The notes: generated by a model not told the origin, from the sequence alone. DNA of 64,000 nucleotides from Candidatus Omnitrophota bacterium (GCA_043805415.1 JAZDHZ010000027.1:71542-135541); one strand, 5' to 3'; positions 1 to 11,500 are shown, counted from the stretch's first letter. Translations and numbers: made by a program.

Positions 1-727
1 TTTTATTGGTAGTAGTCAAGGTTATAATGTGTGCTAATTGTTTAGGCAAACTAATAAACCTCTGGTTTAAAAGTTCAATATCTTGCTGATTTACATCCTT
101 ACTTCTAACCCTATCCAGTAAATCAATAAATTTTTTATCTGATTGGCGATAGATCTTATGCAATTCGATATAATGCAAATTAAGCTCTAAAAATACCGCC
201 GCGTTAAAAAAATAAGCGCTACCGTAATGCTGTTGAAAAAACGCCTTCATTTCATCTCCCCTTATTACCGGGGGCAATTGAAACAAGTCGCCAAACATAA
301 CTACTTGCGCTCCGCCAAAAGGAATATCAAAGCCTCTGTTTATTCTAAGCGCATGATCAATCCCATCCATCAGATCAGCGCGCACCATTGACACTTCATC
401 AATAATAATCAGTTCAATATTCTTAAATATTTCCCGGTTACGCATTTTGCGAATTACTCGTTTATCAATGAATTTGGGAGGGAACTTAAAAAAAGAATGA
501 ATGGTCTGCCCCATAACATTGATCGCCGCAACTCCTGTGGGCGCTAGAACAACCGCATTCTTCTTCGTATTTGCCTTAAGGTACCGCAGCAATGTTGACT
601 TACCGCAGCCAGCCCTTCCGGTAACAAAAACACTGTCATTAGTATTTTCAATCACATCCAAAGCTTGTTTAAATTCATCGTTTATTTCTATGTAATCAAG
701 CGTTTCCCTGCTTAGAGCTTCACTCAT
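1..727 (-). CDS. PIF1/RecD-like SF1B ATP-dependent DNA helicase (3' part runs off the window)
   Basis: My translation: VFVTGRAGCGKST (Walker A), VLAPTGVAAINV, GQTIHSFF, IIIDEVSMVRAD, PFGGAQVVMFGDLFQLPPV. An AGGAGG-preceded ATG at 753 is one base out of frame across a poly-A run. Confidence 0.9.
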   Translation of the reverse strand, partial: MSEALSRETLDYIEINDEFKQALDVIENTNDSVFVTGRAGCGKSTLLRYLKANTKKNAVVLAPTGVAAINVMGQTIHSFFKFPPKFIDKRVIRKMRNREIFKNIELIIIDEVSMVRADLMDGIDHALRINRGFDIPFGGAQVVMFGDLFQLPPVIRGDEMKAFFQQHYGSAYFFNAAVFLELNLHYIELHKIYRQSDKKFIDLLDRVRSKDVNQQDIELLNQRFISLPKQLAHIITLTTTNK

Positions 728-931
728 TTTTTTTGTTTTTCCTCAAAAGTCATAAACCCTCCTTTTTTAATATTTTAACCTAAATAGTTTCTACTGGCAA
801 TGATTTAGGTAATTTGCTAATTATGCCTGCAATATATGAACAGTGATATAATCCTTGCAGCAAAAGATAGAAAAATATATACTATTATTAAAGAAACAGC
901 CTTAACTTAAATATAAAAAGAGAGCTTATAT

Positions 932-1309
932 ATGGCTAAGATTAAAGTTTTGATGATTGATGATGATATAAAGTTTTTAGAGCTGGTTAAATTAAACCTG
1001 GAAGATACCAATGAATTTGAAGTAAGAGCAGAAACCAACGGCAGTGTGGGATTAAGCGCGGCAATGATTTTTCATCCGGATATTATAATACTTGATATTG
1101 TGATGGGAGACCAAGACGGTTCATCTGTAGCCAAACAGCTAAAAGAAAATGTAAAAACAAAAGATATTCCAATCATATATTTAAGCGGCATTTTAAAACA
1201 AAGCGAAGAAAAGGATCCGCATGGATTTTTAGGCGAATATCCTCGTTTAGCCAAACCAGCCAGCACGGAAAAAATAATTAATTGCATAAAAAATAATATT
1301 AAAAAATAA
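932..1309 (+). CDS. Single-domain response regulator (receiver)
   Basis: VLMIDDD, PDIIILDIVM (phospho-acceptor Asp), IPIIYLSG, AKP. Confidence 0.9.
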   Translation: MAKIKVLMIDDDIKFLELVKLNLEDTNEFEVRAETNGSVGLSAAMIFHPDIIILDIVMGDQDGSSVAKQLKENVKTKDIPIIYLSGILKQSEEKDPHGFLGEYPRLAKPASTEKIINCIKNNIKK

Positions 1310-1437
1310 ATACTATTTATTAATATTCACCATAAATAAACCCCTTGGACTACTGAGTTTTTATTCTAATCAATATTAATTTAAACATGCTGTTTGCTCC
1401 AAAAATTAGGGATCAGGTAAAACATCAGTATGCCCAA

Positions 1438-2078
1438 TCAGAATTTTTTTCCAAAGATATAGTATTGTACAATTTTCTTTGTTTTGTATCTCAAATAAGA
1501 CCTTTGTGACTTGTGTAATACTTTTAAGCCGGCTTTTAGGAAAAACGCGCCCCCTCAGAAACTGTCCCGAAATGCACACCCGCTATTCCCTGAGACTTAA
1601 TAAACTCCAGATAACAATTGATCAGCCTTTTACCGACTTGACGGCTACGGTAATCTTTATCAATATTTATATGCAGCATTGCCGGATACTCCGCGGAAAA
1701 ATGCAGCGCGTAAAACTCACCCTTTAACGCGCTTTTTATAACATTGAAAAACAAAAGCCATGTTTTGCTCTTTAAAAAAAAGCCTCTTTTAAACGCTTTT
1801 ATCAGTAATTTAGGCAATATCTGTTTGGAGAATATCCGCTCCATCCCGGCCGCATTCTTAGTGCCGATAATATAGCCTATCACCTGGTCATGAGCTGCCG
1901 CGACAAAACATGATTCCGCCTCATAATCCGTATAATATAGCGTTAAGGCATCAGCCAGGACTTCGTCATCATCAATAAAAAAGCTACGCTCTTCTTCGAG
2001 AAATGCTGTTTCACAGCTGATCCTCCGCACAGCATCCCGGTCTTTTACTTCAAATTTTCTAATCTGGATATCCGGCAA
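1438..2078 (-). CDS. GNAT family N-acetyltransferase (apparent 1-nt frameshift near 1541)
   Basis: LHINIDKDYRSRQVGKRLI acetyl-CoA motif. Adding one T to the poly-T at ~1541-1545 gives ARFFLKAGLKVLH...YIFGKKF* ending at 1438. Confidence 0.8.
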
Positions 2079-2215
2079 TTTATTTATCCTCTTTAGTCTG
2101 GTCTTGGATTAAAGAATATTTGTTCATCACCACTGTGTAGCAAAATTCCCCAAGGCCTTTAATTTTAAAATGATCGAAACACATAACGGTTTTCTTGATA
2201 TTCTACAAACTCTAA

Positions 2216-2662
2216 TCATTTTAACATCCGCGCCTTGCGCCTATTCATAAACCATAAAATAATAAAATAAAATATTATTGCTAAAATTAAACCCAGGACA
2301 AAGCTGCCGATAAACAGCGGATAATAAAAATCAAGCATCTGCTTAAATGTAATTCCCTTGAAATCCGATAAACTTAATGGCTCATAACGAGCCCCGAGAA
2401 TCAATCTCCCGATACTATAACCTGCCCAGGTAATAAACGGAAGAGTTGGCGGCAAAGAGATATTAGTTCCGATTAAAATAGCGATTTTATTAGCCCGCGG
2501 AATCAAAATAGCAAAAATAACGCAAAGAATTGTATGAAAGCCATAAAGCGGCATAATCGCGATCATCACCCCGATAGAAACCCCTAAAGCAATTTCCGGC
2601 GGCGTATTATTAAGGGTTAGCAACTTAGCTAGAATCTGTTTAAATTTTGCTTTTGAAATCAT
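2216..2662 (-). CDS. DUF2062 family membrane protein
   Basis: TPPEIALGVSIGVMIAIMPLYGFHT...NKIAILIGTNISLPPT. Confidence 0.85.
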   Translation of the reverse strand: MISKAKFKQILAKLLTLNNTPPEIALGVSIGVMIAIMPLYGFHTILCVIFAILIPRANKIAILIGTNISLPPTLPFITWAGYSIGRLILGARYEPLSLSDFKGITFKQMLDFYYPLFIGSFVLGLILAIIFYFIILWFMNRRKARMLK

Positions 2663-2847
2663 TTATTTCACACAATCATTTTTCTAAATAAAGCTTAAGT
2701 ATCTTTTATTTGGCTTAATATATGCGCTATTATAGCCCTAAGCTATCTAGAAAGCAATTTAAGGTATTTTACATTTATCATCAAACATTATCGCAAAACA
2801 GATAAAACCCGATATATGGTGATAAAATTTCCTGTTTTATTTGCAGT

Positions 2848-4557
2848 TTATTGTCGGACTTCAGCTGGCAGGAGAGAATCAGTTGGAGTATCAGCAAGAT
2901 TATCAAAAACCTTTAACTCAAGCTCAAGCGGCACAAAACCAGCGCTAGCTTGATTTTCTTGAACCAGACCTATGCTTATCCTTTTAGGTTCAAAACCTTG
3001 CGCAATAATAAAATCATCGGCAGCCTTGGCACGTTCCGCGGCTAAAGCCTTAAGCGCTGATTTGTCCGCTGCCCCATCTTCAATCATCTGGCGTTTAATC
3101 TCTTGATTAATTTTATTAAAATCATAGCCGCCTGCTTTTAAACGATATGCTTTGATAAGCTTCCGAAGCGCGAATGCACCAAAACGGTGTTCATATATCT
3201 GCTCATATATCCAATTATCCGAACGTTTGGATTCTTTTCTCATTAACAAAAAGTTGTTCTCGAAAACCTCGGTTTTAATCGCCCGCCAATCCGCTACTGG
3301 GTCATAACATTCTTTCACCACAAGAGTAAGATTTGGTCGCTCTTTTAAGGCGCTTACAATCAATTTTAATTTTTCTTTTTCACCATCAGATAAGTCCGTC
3401 CCCCCAGGTAAAAAATTTACATAACCAAACTCTTCAGCGCTGTTTTCCGAACCAACAAGTGATACTAAGAAGCTAAACGGCTTGGTAACAATTTTAAAGA
3501 AAAAATTCCTTGCCACCTGTCCGACAAGCTTAAAATAATGAAAATCAGGGCTGTTCATGTCACCATCAACTGGTAAGGATATATTGATCCGGTTTTGCGA
3601 ATCCTCCAATAAAGCTAAGGCCAGCCCAAAAGGAAGGTTTAAAGCGTCTTTACTCTCAACCTTGTCTCCAAAATCAAATCCCTGAACCAGAATCTTGTGC
3701 TTAGCATCCAGTTTATTATCCTCAATTCGATACTCCATAGTTATATTCAATTTTCCACTTTTTGCCGCGTGCCCAGTGTACTTCCCCACATAAGGAGTTA
3801 ATACCTGCAGAACATAATCATTAAGCTTAAACACGGTCTCAAATGAAAAAGGAATCGCGAATGGTTTAATAAGTGTTTCATCAGTAATTGTCCCTTGATC
3901 ATCAATCTTTGCCTGAAAAGAAACTTTAGCTTGAGCATCCGGACTGGTAGAGAGATTAACAATGCGCAAAGTCATATTGCTTAAAGCCGTAACAAAGTCA
4001 GGATTTACTGATTTATCAATAAAACAAATGCTTCCCTTATTCATGCTTATTGAATCCACCCTGACCAAAGGAAGCGGTAAGGATTTGTCAGTTCCCGCTT
4101 CTGGGATATTGCCATTTTGAGCAGGAGCAGGCTGCTGAGATTGGGATTTTTCAGTTTGCTTTGGAACAAGCTCTAATAAATTAATATTGCCCTCACCTGA
4201 TAGAACAATATTCACTTTAAGCCCATTTATCCCTAACGATTCTATGTGGTATTTTTTTTGCAATAAGCTGATAAAACTAATATCCAGCCAAAATTTATCA
4301 AATCCGACAATGATCTGTTTATTGCTATCCAATATTTCCAAGCCTTTTACTGATAATCTCAATAAAAACGGATTGAATTTTACCGAACACACTATAACCT
4401 TATGACTGATAAGTTTGGAAACTTGGCTTTTGATCAGCCATGGACAAATCAGGGGAATCAGCACAAGTGATAAGCATAAATAAAACAAAAAAATCCCCAA
4501 AATTACTTTGGCTATAATCTTAAGTGTTTTTTTATAATATTCATTTTTTCTTTCCAT
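2848..4557 (-). CDS. DUF748 domain protein with OmpA-like C-terminal region
   Basis: N-terminal TM, VKFNPFLLRL, LTPYVGKYTG, LNLPFGLALALLEDSQNRINISLPVDGDMNSPDF, ALAAERAKA. Confidence 0.85.
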   Translation of the reverse strand: MERKNEYYKKTLKIIAKVILGIFLFYLCLSLVLIPLICPWLIKSQVSKLISHKVIVCSVKFNPFLLRLSVKGLEILDSNKQIIVGFDKFWLDISFISLLQKKYHIESLGINGLKVNIVLSGEGNINLLELVPKQTEKSQSQQPAPAQNGNIPEAGTDKSLPLPLVRVDSISMNKGSICFIDKSVNPDFVTALSNMTLRIVNLSTSPDAQAKVSFQAKIDDQGTITDETLIKPFAIPFSFETVFKLNDYVLQVLTPYVGKYTGHAAKSGKLNITMEYRIEDNKLDAKHKILVQGFDFGDKVESKDALNLPFGLALALLEDSQNRINISLPVDGDMNSPDFHYFKLVGQVARNFFFKIVTKPFSFLVSLVGSENSAEEFGYVNFLPGGTDLSDGEKEKLKLIVSALKERPNLTLVVKECYDPVADWRAIKTEVFENNFLLMRKESKRSDNWIYEQIYEHRFGAFALRKLIKAYRLKAGGYDFNKINQEIKRQMIEDGAADKSALKALAAERAKAADDFIIAQGFEPKRISIGLVQENQASAGFVPLELELKVFDNLADTPTDSLLPAEVRQ

Positions 4558-4687
4558 ACTGATTATCGCGTTTCTAGGTTTGATTAAATGTCTGTTTATT
4601 TAATTTCAGTGATTATTTATAAGATATCTAATTTTACCCCCAAGTATTACCATTGTCAATCAGTCTATATATTCGATTTTTCTCTGA

Positions 4688-6367
4688 TTATCTTACGAAT
4701 TTTATTTTTGTTTCTCCCTCACCAACGCCGCATACTCTTAATCCGCGTAAAGCCTTTCGAATATCTTTATTCAAAACAAATTCTTCTGGTTTAAAACTAT
4801 AAATAAACTCTCCCTTTTCTTTAGATTGTTTCACCCGGTAGATTATTGACTCGTCCAAAAGCATACGCAAACAGATTTTTCCCAGACTATTGCGGTCAAG
4901 TTTTAGCCTAGAACGCAATTGCCTGTCCTTGATCACCTGCCCCTTGGTCTGTTTGCACAGAAATTTTCTCAGATCAGGAATCAGAGCAGAAGCTGTTAGC
5001 TCCTTGATGAAATTAATTATCCTGGCAAAATACACTAAAGAAAAAATCCGATCGCGCGAAATATCCTGGTCAAAACAAGCCGCGCTGCTGCGAAACAAAA
5101 CATAATCATCTTCCGGATTGCAAAACACATCAGCTAATTCTGAAAACAAAGTACTCTCCTTGACTGGATAAAAAATACTCGGCCCAAGCAAAGCCGGCTT
5201 AGCTGCCAGCAAGCGAATATCTCTTAAACCATCTTTAAATCCCTGCCCGGGAAAACCCACAATATAATGAATAGTTGGCACAATATGCTTTTTGGCCATA
5301 AACCTGGACAGGTTAAATACCTTAGCCGTAGGATCATTGCGGTGCAGTTTTTTCCTTAAGCGTTCTTGAGAACTGGCAATTGCCAGATCAATGTGGGTTA
5401 ATCCTGCCTGGATTAGTTTATCCCGCGTAATCCGGTCAATGCCTGAAGCTAATAAACCATTCATAAATGATATTTTTATTGTGCCGCTAAAACGCTGGAT
5501 GATCTTATCCAGCAGCGGCCGGAATTCTGGATTAAGATTTATCGTATCATCTTCAAAATTAAAATGCCGGATCCCTAAGCTAAAAGCATCTTCCATCTCC
5601 AGCATTACATGATCGGCGCTGCGGAAGCGAAACGTCTCGCGGATAGCGCAAAACCGGCAGCCCATACTGCAGCCGCGTGATGCCAGCAGCGATGTACTCA
5701 TACAGCCTTGAAAAACATACTTAGTATAGTCAATCAGCCTGCGGTTTAAAATCGGCAGAGAATTAAGATCTTTTATTATTGCGCTTTGCCTGCTGATCCG
5801 CATCTTACCGTCATCGAGCTTATAACACAGCCCGGGAATATAGCCTAACTTACCTTTTTCATGGGCCTGGCATAATTTTAAAAAACTCTGTTCTGCCTCG
5901 CCTTTGATTACAAAATCTATTTCCGGCCGTCCCAGCACAAACTTCGCGTCCGAGGTCGCCGCTCTTCCGCCAAAAACCACCTGAATTCTGGAATCAATTT
6001 TCTTTACCAGTTTGGCCACAGCAAAAGCATTATCCAGATAAGCAGTGAAATTAGCCGATATCCCGACCATATCCGGCTTTTCTCGGCAAATAGTTTCAGA
6101 GATCTGCCGATCATCCTTGCCAAAGCAATAATAATGGGAAAACAGACAAAAAGCAGAGCGATTAGGCTGATAATAGCGTTTTAGATAAAGCAATTGTTTG
6201 GGAAAAGCCAGAGACTGTTTAGTATAGTCTTCCAGACAATTCAAAACTTTTACGCTGAGGCCGTTATAATCAAGCACAGTTGCCAGAGAAAGCGTTCCCA
6301 AAGGAAATGCCCGCTGCGGGGTAAAAAAGAAATCATTTATTGGGGGATTAATAATCAGAATCTTCAA
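4688..6367 (-). CDS. Cobalamin-binding radical SAM protein
   Basis: FPLGTLSLA, PDMVGIS, VFGG, GEAE (B12-binding domain); ASRGCSMGCRFC; FEDD; IVGFPGQ. Confidence 0.9.
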   Translation of the reverse strand: MKILIINPPINDFFFTPQRAFPLGTLSLATVLDYNGLSVKVLNCLEDYTKQSLAFPKQLLYLKRYYQPNRSAFCLFSHYYCFGKDDRQISETICREKPDMVGISANFTAYLDNAFAVAKLVKKIDSRIQVVFGGRAATSDAKFVLGRPEIDFVIKGEAEQSFLKLCQAHEKGKLGYIPGLCYKLDDGKMRISRQSAIIKDLNSLPILNRRLIDYTKYVFQGCMSTSLLASRGCSMGCRFCAIRETFRFRSADHVMLEMEDAFSLGIRHFNFEDDTINLNPEFRPLLDKIIQRFSGTIKISFMNGLLASGIDRITRDKLIQAGLTHIDLAIASSQERLRKKLHRNDPTAKVFNLSRFMAKKHIVPTIHYIVGFPGQGFKDGLRDIRLLAAKPALLGPSIFYPVKESTLFSELADVFCNPEDDYVLFRSSAACFDQDISRDRIFSLVYFARIINFIKELTASALIPDLRKFLCKQTKGQVIKDRQLRSRLKLDRNSLGKICLRMLLDESIIYRVKQSKEKGEFIYSFKPEEFVLNKDIRKALRGLRVCGVGEGETKIKFVR

Positions 6368-6382
6368 ATATATACTTATTTC

Positions 6383-7633
6383 TCATCTGCCGTTAGAAAT
6401 ATTGAAATAACCCTGGAGCAATTTGGGAAATTCTTTTTTTAATCTCCCCATTATGGTTTTTACCCCTAAAAGTTTTCTTGGCCCGGAACGTTTATGTCCC
6501 AATTCCTGGAAATAGCGCTGCGGATCATAGTTTAAGTTCCGCCACTGGATCATATCTACAGCAGTCTTGCGGATAAATCTCTCTAACTTTTGCCATTCCG
6601 CAACCTCGTCCGTAAACCCTGGCATAGTCAGATAATTTATCGACACAAATTTTCCTTTATTTTTAGCAAGCATAACTGAACGGATAACATCCTCAAATTC
6701 ATATCCGATCGGCCGGTAATATTTATTATAAAATTCTTTTCTTAAGCTGTTAAAACTTACCCGCAGGCTATCCAATCCGCTGTTACAAAGTTTTTCCACA
6801 ACCCTGGGCAGGCTGGCGTTTGTATTCATGTGAATCGTTCCTTTGGCAGTCTTGCTCCTTATTATCCTTATCGCTTTATCAATAACCTCCCCGGCTAAGA
6901 GCGGTTCTCCCTCACATCCCTGGCCGAAACTGACAATTGCTTTACGCGTGTTTTTTATGTGCAGCAGCGCGATCTCGGCAAGCTCCTCCGGAGTCGGCAT
7001 AAAACTTATCCTTTCCTGCGAAGAAACACAAGAACCTTTTTCCTGAAAAGATATACAGCCAAAACACCCCGCGTTACAATGCGGCGATGACGGCAAAGGA
7101 CACTCGTAGCGGCCGAGAAAAAAATTTATCGCGTTAGGGCATTGAGAATTAAGCGCGCAAGTGCGCAGATGCATAATCAAACGATTACTTGTTTTTCTGA
7201 ACTTTTGAATATTCCTGCGTACATCCGCCATATTCACTAAGCTCAAATCATGCACTTTTCTCTGGTCAACGCGTATTGCCGGTACATGAAACCTGCTCTT
7301 ATACCAGACCAGCGGCGCGTAGGAAAACAAAGGCAGAATCTCTGCTCCAGGCTCTTCTTTATACGCGCAGGTAAATAACTGCGTATAACCCGGCGGCACA
7401 AACGCGGCTACTGGAAAATAATCCGCTATTTCCCGAAATATCTTTTGCCGCAGATCAAAACCCAGCGGCCTTCTTTTCGGCAGAAAAAAAATCTTTGTTT
7501 GGCAAGGCATAGGAATAAGATCTTTTTCCTCCAAAGCAAAAATATTCTCGCCAGCCATAGCGCAGGCAGCAAAGCCCTTAACATCGCTTATGTTATTATT
7601 TTTATCCGCAATCAGTAATATTGGTTTTGCCAT
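6383..7633 (-). CDS. Radical SAM protein
   Basis: SPHCNAGCFGCIS (CxxxCxxC), SFGQGCEGEPL, MNTNAS, GLDSLRVSFNS. Confidence 0.9.
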   Translation of the reverse strand: MAKPILLIADKNNNISDVKGFAACAMAGENIFALEEKDLIPMPCQTKIFFLPKRRPLGFDLRQKIFREIADYFPVAAFVPPGYTQLFTCAYKEEPGAEILPLFSYAPLVWYKSRFHVPAIRVDQRKVHDLSLVNMADVRRNIQKFRKTSNRLIMHLRTCALNSQCPNAINFFLGRYECPLPSSPHCNAGCFGCISFQEKGSCVSSQERISFMPTPEELAEIALLHIKNTRKAIVSFGQGCEGEPLLAGEVIDKAIRIIRSKTAKGTIHMNTNASLPRVVEKLCNSGLDSLRVSFNSLRKEFYNKYYRPIGYEFEDVIRSVMLAKNKGKFVSINYLTMPGFTDEVAEWQKLERFIRKTAVDMIQWRNLNYDPQRYFQELGHKRSGPRKLLGVKTIMGRLKKEFPKLLQGYFNISNGR

Positions 7634-7694
7634 AATCCACTTTCTAACCTATTCGATAAGTTATCCTAATTATTAAACAAGAACAATCTCATTC

Positions 7695-9080
7695 TTATTT
7701 GCTTATTTCATCAACTTTTTTCACGCTAATAGCAATAAGATACCCCAAAACAATAACCATGCTCACTAATGCGAAAATAAGCAGTTTTTTAGGTGATATT
7801 ATCGGCTTATGTTTAATATCCGCATTCGCATTAACTTTTTCTTCTCCGATTTTCCAGCGTTCACCGTTAACCAATGGTATTTCCGATAATACTGATGAAA
7901 CATCATAATGAGGCGCTTTAGCTTCCGGCCCTCCATAATAAGCTTTTAAATTTTTCGCGTTATTGGGAAAAAATATCACTTCATGAACAGAGCCTTCGGC
8001 CTGAACCGAGTTGACTTCAATCGGAGCATTATCATAATTAAATATCCGGACGCGGTATTTTTTATACCTATTTTCTTTATCAGGTAAATCAATCCTGAGA
8101 TTTTCCTTATGAAAATCTCCAGCGTTTATATTGAATAATTCACCCGCAACAAGTCTGATCCAGTTTGCCTCAGGATTTAAAGGATTATCCGCCTCCACAA
8201 AAACTTTACGTTTAAAGTTTCTGTCTGTGATGCTAAATAATATCCGGGTTAAAGGCTCTCTTTGCGAATTCAAATAGATATCGCTGGTTTTATCTTTTTC
8301 ATTAATTGTCACTTTTGCTATATCCAGGGGATAAGGAACCGTCTTAATTTCCCCATAAACCATCTTTTCTTCCCGGCTAATAAAATCAAGCTTGTCGATA
8401 TGCAGCACACCCTCATAACGCATAAAAGCAGCATACTCTTCTTTAACTTTTCCTTTTGCGTATTTAGTAAATATTTGCGAAAATGAGGAAACAAGCGCTT
8501 GCGCCACATTATCAATGACAATCTTATAATATTTAAACGGTTTTTTCTCAAAAGATACGCTGGTATTGCTAAGATCGATAAATCGCGAATAATCAAAAAT
8601 CGGCTGATTCTCACAAAGAATCTGCCATTGCGTTTTATCGTCACTGCCAAACACTGACACTGTTTTTTCAAAATTACTATTTGAAGTTTTAATGATTACA
8701 TCTGAAGGAATAATCAATTCTTTTTGCTTTTGTTTTTCATCATCTATTTCCAAGACAATACTCAGTCTATTGTTCGCAAGCTCTTCAAGGCTTAAGATTT
8801 TCATAGCAACCGGAGATTCGGTTAGAATCTTTTCCTGTCCTCTTAATTTCCGGACCAGATAAGGCACTTCCTTATCTTTCGCGTCATAAATCCTCAAATT
8901 GGCAAAATCATTATCAGTATTAAGATATAGCTGACTATCAAAAGTCGCTGCGCCCACTTCCTGTTCCATATTTTCAGGCGCTGTTAATTCCTTGTAGAAT
9001 AAGAATTCATTTGCCGATACTGGTGCTGCTAAACAAACTGCCAGAACTAAAATACTGAATATCCTAATCGAGTTTTTCAT
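7695..9080 (-). CDS. Exported protein with C-terminal TM anchor, DUF3999-like
   Basis: Signal peptide, FANLRIYD..EVPY, IFNYDNAPI, YYGGPEAKAPHYD, C-terminal TM; 4-nt overlap with the DUF2339 gene. Confidence 0.75.
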   Translation of the reverse strand: MKNSIRIFSILVLAVCLAAPVSANEFLFYKELTAPENMEQEVGAATFDSQLYLNTDNDFANLRIYDAKDKEVPYLVRKLRGQEKILTESPVAMKILSLEELANNRLSIVLEIDDEKQKQKELIIPSDVIIKTSNSNFEKTVSVFGSDDKTQWQILCENQPIFDYSRFIDLSNTSVSFEKKPFKYYKIVIDNVAQALVSSFSQIFTKYAKGKVKEEYAAFMRYEGVLHIDKLDFISREEKMVYGEIKTVPYPLDIAKVTINEKDKTSDIYLNSQREPLTRILFSITDRNFKRKVFVEADNPLNPEANWIRLVAGELFNINAGDFHKENLRIDLPDKENRYKKYRVRIFNYDNAPIEVNSVQAEGSVHEVIFFPNNAKNLKAYYGGPEAKAPHYDVSSVLSEIPLVNGERWKIGEEKVNANADIKHKPIISPKKLLIFALVSMVIVLGYLIAISVKKVDEISK

Positions 9081-11500
9081 TTTTCCTCCTCAATAGCGAA
9101 TTTCTTGTTCGCGTAAATATAGGCAAAAGATCCTCCGATTAATATTATTCCTAAGAGCATAAACGCGATTACTCTATAAAAAACTTCCATCTCAGCAAGA
9201 TCAAATAAAAATACTTTACCCATAACAACAATAAACAATCCTAGTCCGCTATATCGCCAATTCTTGCTTGACTTGACTATCCCGATTATAAGGTAGGAAA
9301 CTGCGAATAAAGCCCATACTACTGATATCGCGCCCTCTTGGAAAGATTTCACATACCAATAGAAAAAGGTATTAACTTCCAGAGAAGAATAGATAAACAG
9401 CAAGCCGGTACTTATGACTATAAACGCCTTACGGTAATCTACTAAATCCTGTTTCCTAGAAACTAGCTGCGTAATTCCAATTAGATAAAGAAAAATTACG
9501 CCGTAATCAAAAACCCGGATTAATATCGGTACTGAACCTTTCTCGTAAATATACCCATTAATATTGCTCACCCATCCGGAATAATCATAGAAAAATAATT
9601 TCCCGATAATAAACGCGATTAATATTATTGCTGCTGATAAAAAAACCCGCTTATTAGTAGAAAAATAATTATATAAAATATATCCCCCTAAGATACAGGA
9701 TAATAGCGTGAGCACTGGCATTTGTAATGGCAAACAATAGGAAACCATCTGAAAAAACTCTAAATAAAGGATAAAGAACACAAATGCCACTCCCCCCCAA
9801 AACATTACTTCACGCGAAACCGCGGATGATACTAACAATCTGCTATTAATCTTCTCCTCCACTTTAAAATCTTCAATCTGCTTAATTTTACGTTTATGCA
9901 AAAAGAAGCCACTGAAAAAAGAAGCGATAACCACACCAAAAGTCCAGATTCGATCAAAAAATATTGCCCAATACTCACTTAACGGCAGCGTTGCCGCAAA
10001 GCGGCCTAAGAATTTACTCGGCATATCAATAAGTAATAGTCTGCTCACAACCATTAAGTATAAAATATGAGCAAGGTTTATCAGCAGGTTGCTATTTAAT
10101 TTCAAACCTATCCAAAGGAAGAAAAATGCCTGCAATGCCCAGCAGATAGTCAGTGTTTCTTTTTGGGTAATCAACGGTACTGCCCAGACCGTAAAGAAGC
10201 CAGCAACCCCTATCAAACAAACTAACAAATTACGGTCAACATTGCGGTTTTTAAGAAAAACGTAAATATGCGTTATGTAAAAAACAGCTACCCCGATTGC
10301 CATAACTGCTGGCCAAGGACGGCCATAAGCTTCTAAAATTAAAGCGTATGCTGTTAAGGAATAGAAAAAAGAGTTAAAAAGCATATGAATTATTTCTAAG
10401 TTTGAGGATTGTTTACGTTTAACCAGGTTATAATAAAATATGATCATCCCATGCAAAATAAACAATAAACTAAGCAGCGTTATTGTTCCAGGAAAGTCTC
10501 TTTTTACCTGATAGCCGGAAAAACTCGCGAATACTAAAGCCCAGGTGAATATAAACCCTAGGTAATTTAATAAACGCCAATTGCGCACATGGGCTATAAT
10601 TAAAATACCGATACTAAGTATCAGCATATAAGCATATAGACCTACTGGGCTTGCTTCAGGAGTGCTTAATATTATCGGAGTACAGAAGCCGCCAATAATT
10701 CCAAAAATAGCTACTAGTTGCGAATTAAACTTATATGCCATTACTCCCGCGACAATAGTAATTAAAACCATAAAAGCAAATGTACCGGACAAGGGAATCT
10801 TGGCATATAATGGACCAGCGGCGTACATGCTAAAATAAAGAGCCGCCAAACCACCGCCTAAAAAGCCTTGCCCAAGAATATCATATTTTTTATTAAGATT
10901 CTTAACCCCTACCCCTAACATAGAAAGTCCAGCCATTATCGATAAGGCTATGCGCCCGGTATTACCTAAAATTCCTCGATCCATTGACCATTTTAGAAAA
11001 TAGCCAATACAAATAACTATGGCAATAACTCCCAGTCTCATCAGCCAAGTACTGGCAATCGCGTATTCGATTGATACGTTTTTCTGGCGGCGTTCTTCCC
11101 CAACCAGTATCCAATTCCAGATCTTTTTTAAAATATCATTAACGCCCTCTTCAAGCTTTGATTTTTGACGATCAACTTTAACTGTCGGCTTTATATTTAC
11201 AGCAGCAGGTTTTAAAATCGCTGGCTGTTTTTTGGATACTTGCGAAACCTCGCTGACTTTTTTCAAATCCATAACCGGCTCTTTTGGCACCTCTTCAAGG
11301 TTTTTAGCTTCAGCTGGCTTAGGAATATCCTTATCCGACTCTGGCTCAATATGCTTAATCAGCTCTTCCAGCTTTTGGCGTAGCGGCACAAGAGAAAGAT
11401 AAATATCTCTTTGCAAATCAAGTCTTGTCTCTTTTAATAATTTTTCTATGATCTTTAAAAAAATGGAACCAAAAACAATAAGGGCTATAATATAAAACAT
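9077..11500 (-). CDS. DUF2339 family multi-pass membrane protein
   Basis: EYAIASTWLMRLG, GQGFLGGGLAALYFSMYA, GGFCTPIILST, KVFLFDL..RVIAFMLLG. Confidence 0.88.
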   Translation of the reverse strand: MFYIIALIVFGSIFLKIIEKLLKETRLDLQRDIYLSLVPLRQKLEELIKHIEPESDKDIPKPAEAKNLEEVPKEPVMDLKKVSEVSQVSKKQPAILKPAAVNIKPTVKVDRQKSKLEEGVNDILKKIWNWILVGEERRQKNVSIEYAIASTWLMRLGVIAIVICIGYFLKWSMDRGILGNTGRIALSIMAGLSMLGVGVKNLNKKYDILGQGFLGGGLAALYFSMYAAGPLYAKIPLSGTFAFMVLITIVAGVMAYKFNSQLVAIFGIIGGFCTPIILSTPEASPVGLYAYMLILSIGILIIAHVRNWRLLNYLGFIFTWALVFASFSGYQVKRDFPGTITLLSLLFILHGMIIFYYNLVKRKQSSNLEIIHMLFNSFFYSLTAYALILEAYGRPWPAVMAIGVAVFYITHIYVFLKNRNVDRNLLVCLIGVAGFFTVWAVPLITQKETLTICWALQAFFFLWIGLKLNSNLLINLAHILYLMVVSRLLLIDMPSKFLGRFAATLPLSEYWAIFFDRIWTFGVVIASFFSGFFLHKRKIKQIEDFKVEEKINSRLLVSSAVSREVMFWGGVAFVFFILYLEFFQMVSYCLPLQMPVLTLLSCILGGYILYNYFSTNKRVFLSAAIILIAFIIGKLFFYDYSGWVSNINGYIYEKGSVPILIRVFDYGVIFLYLIGITQLVSRKQDLVDYRKAFIVISTGLLFIYSSLEVNTFFYWYVKSFQEGAISVVWALFAVSYLIIGIVKSSKNWRYSGLGLFIVVMGKVFLFDLAEMEVFYRVIAFMLLGIILIGGSFAYIYANKKFAIEEEK

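Noticed and set aside
727-753. Frameshift between an SD-preceded ATG (753) and the helicase frame
   Set aside because: Single-base offset in a poly-A run; most likely a sequencing error, and an in-frame ATG exists at 727.
1536-1550. Apparent GNAT truncation or phase variation
   Set aside because: One missing T in a short homopolymer restores a normal C-terminus; consistent with sequencing error, though reads are needed to be sure.
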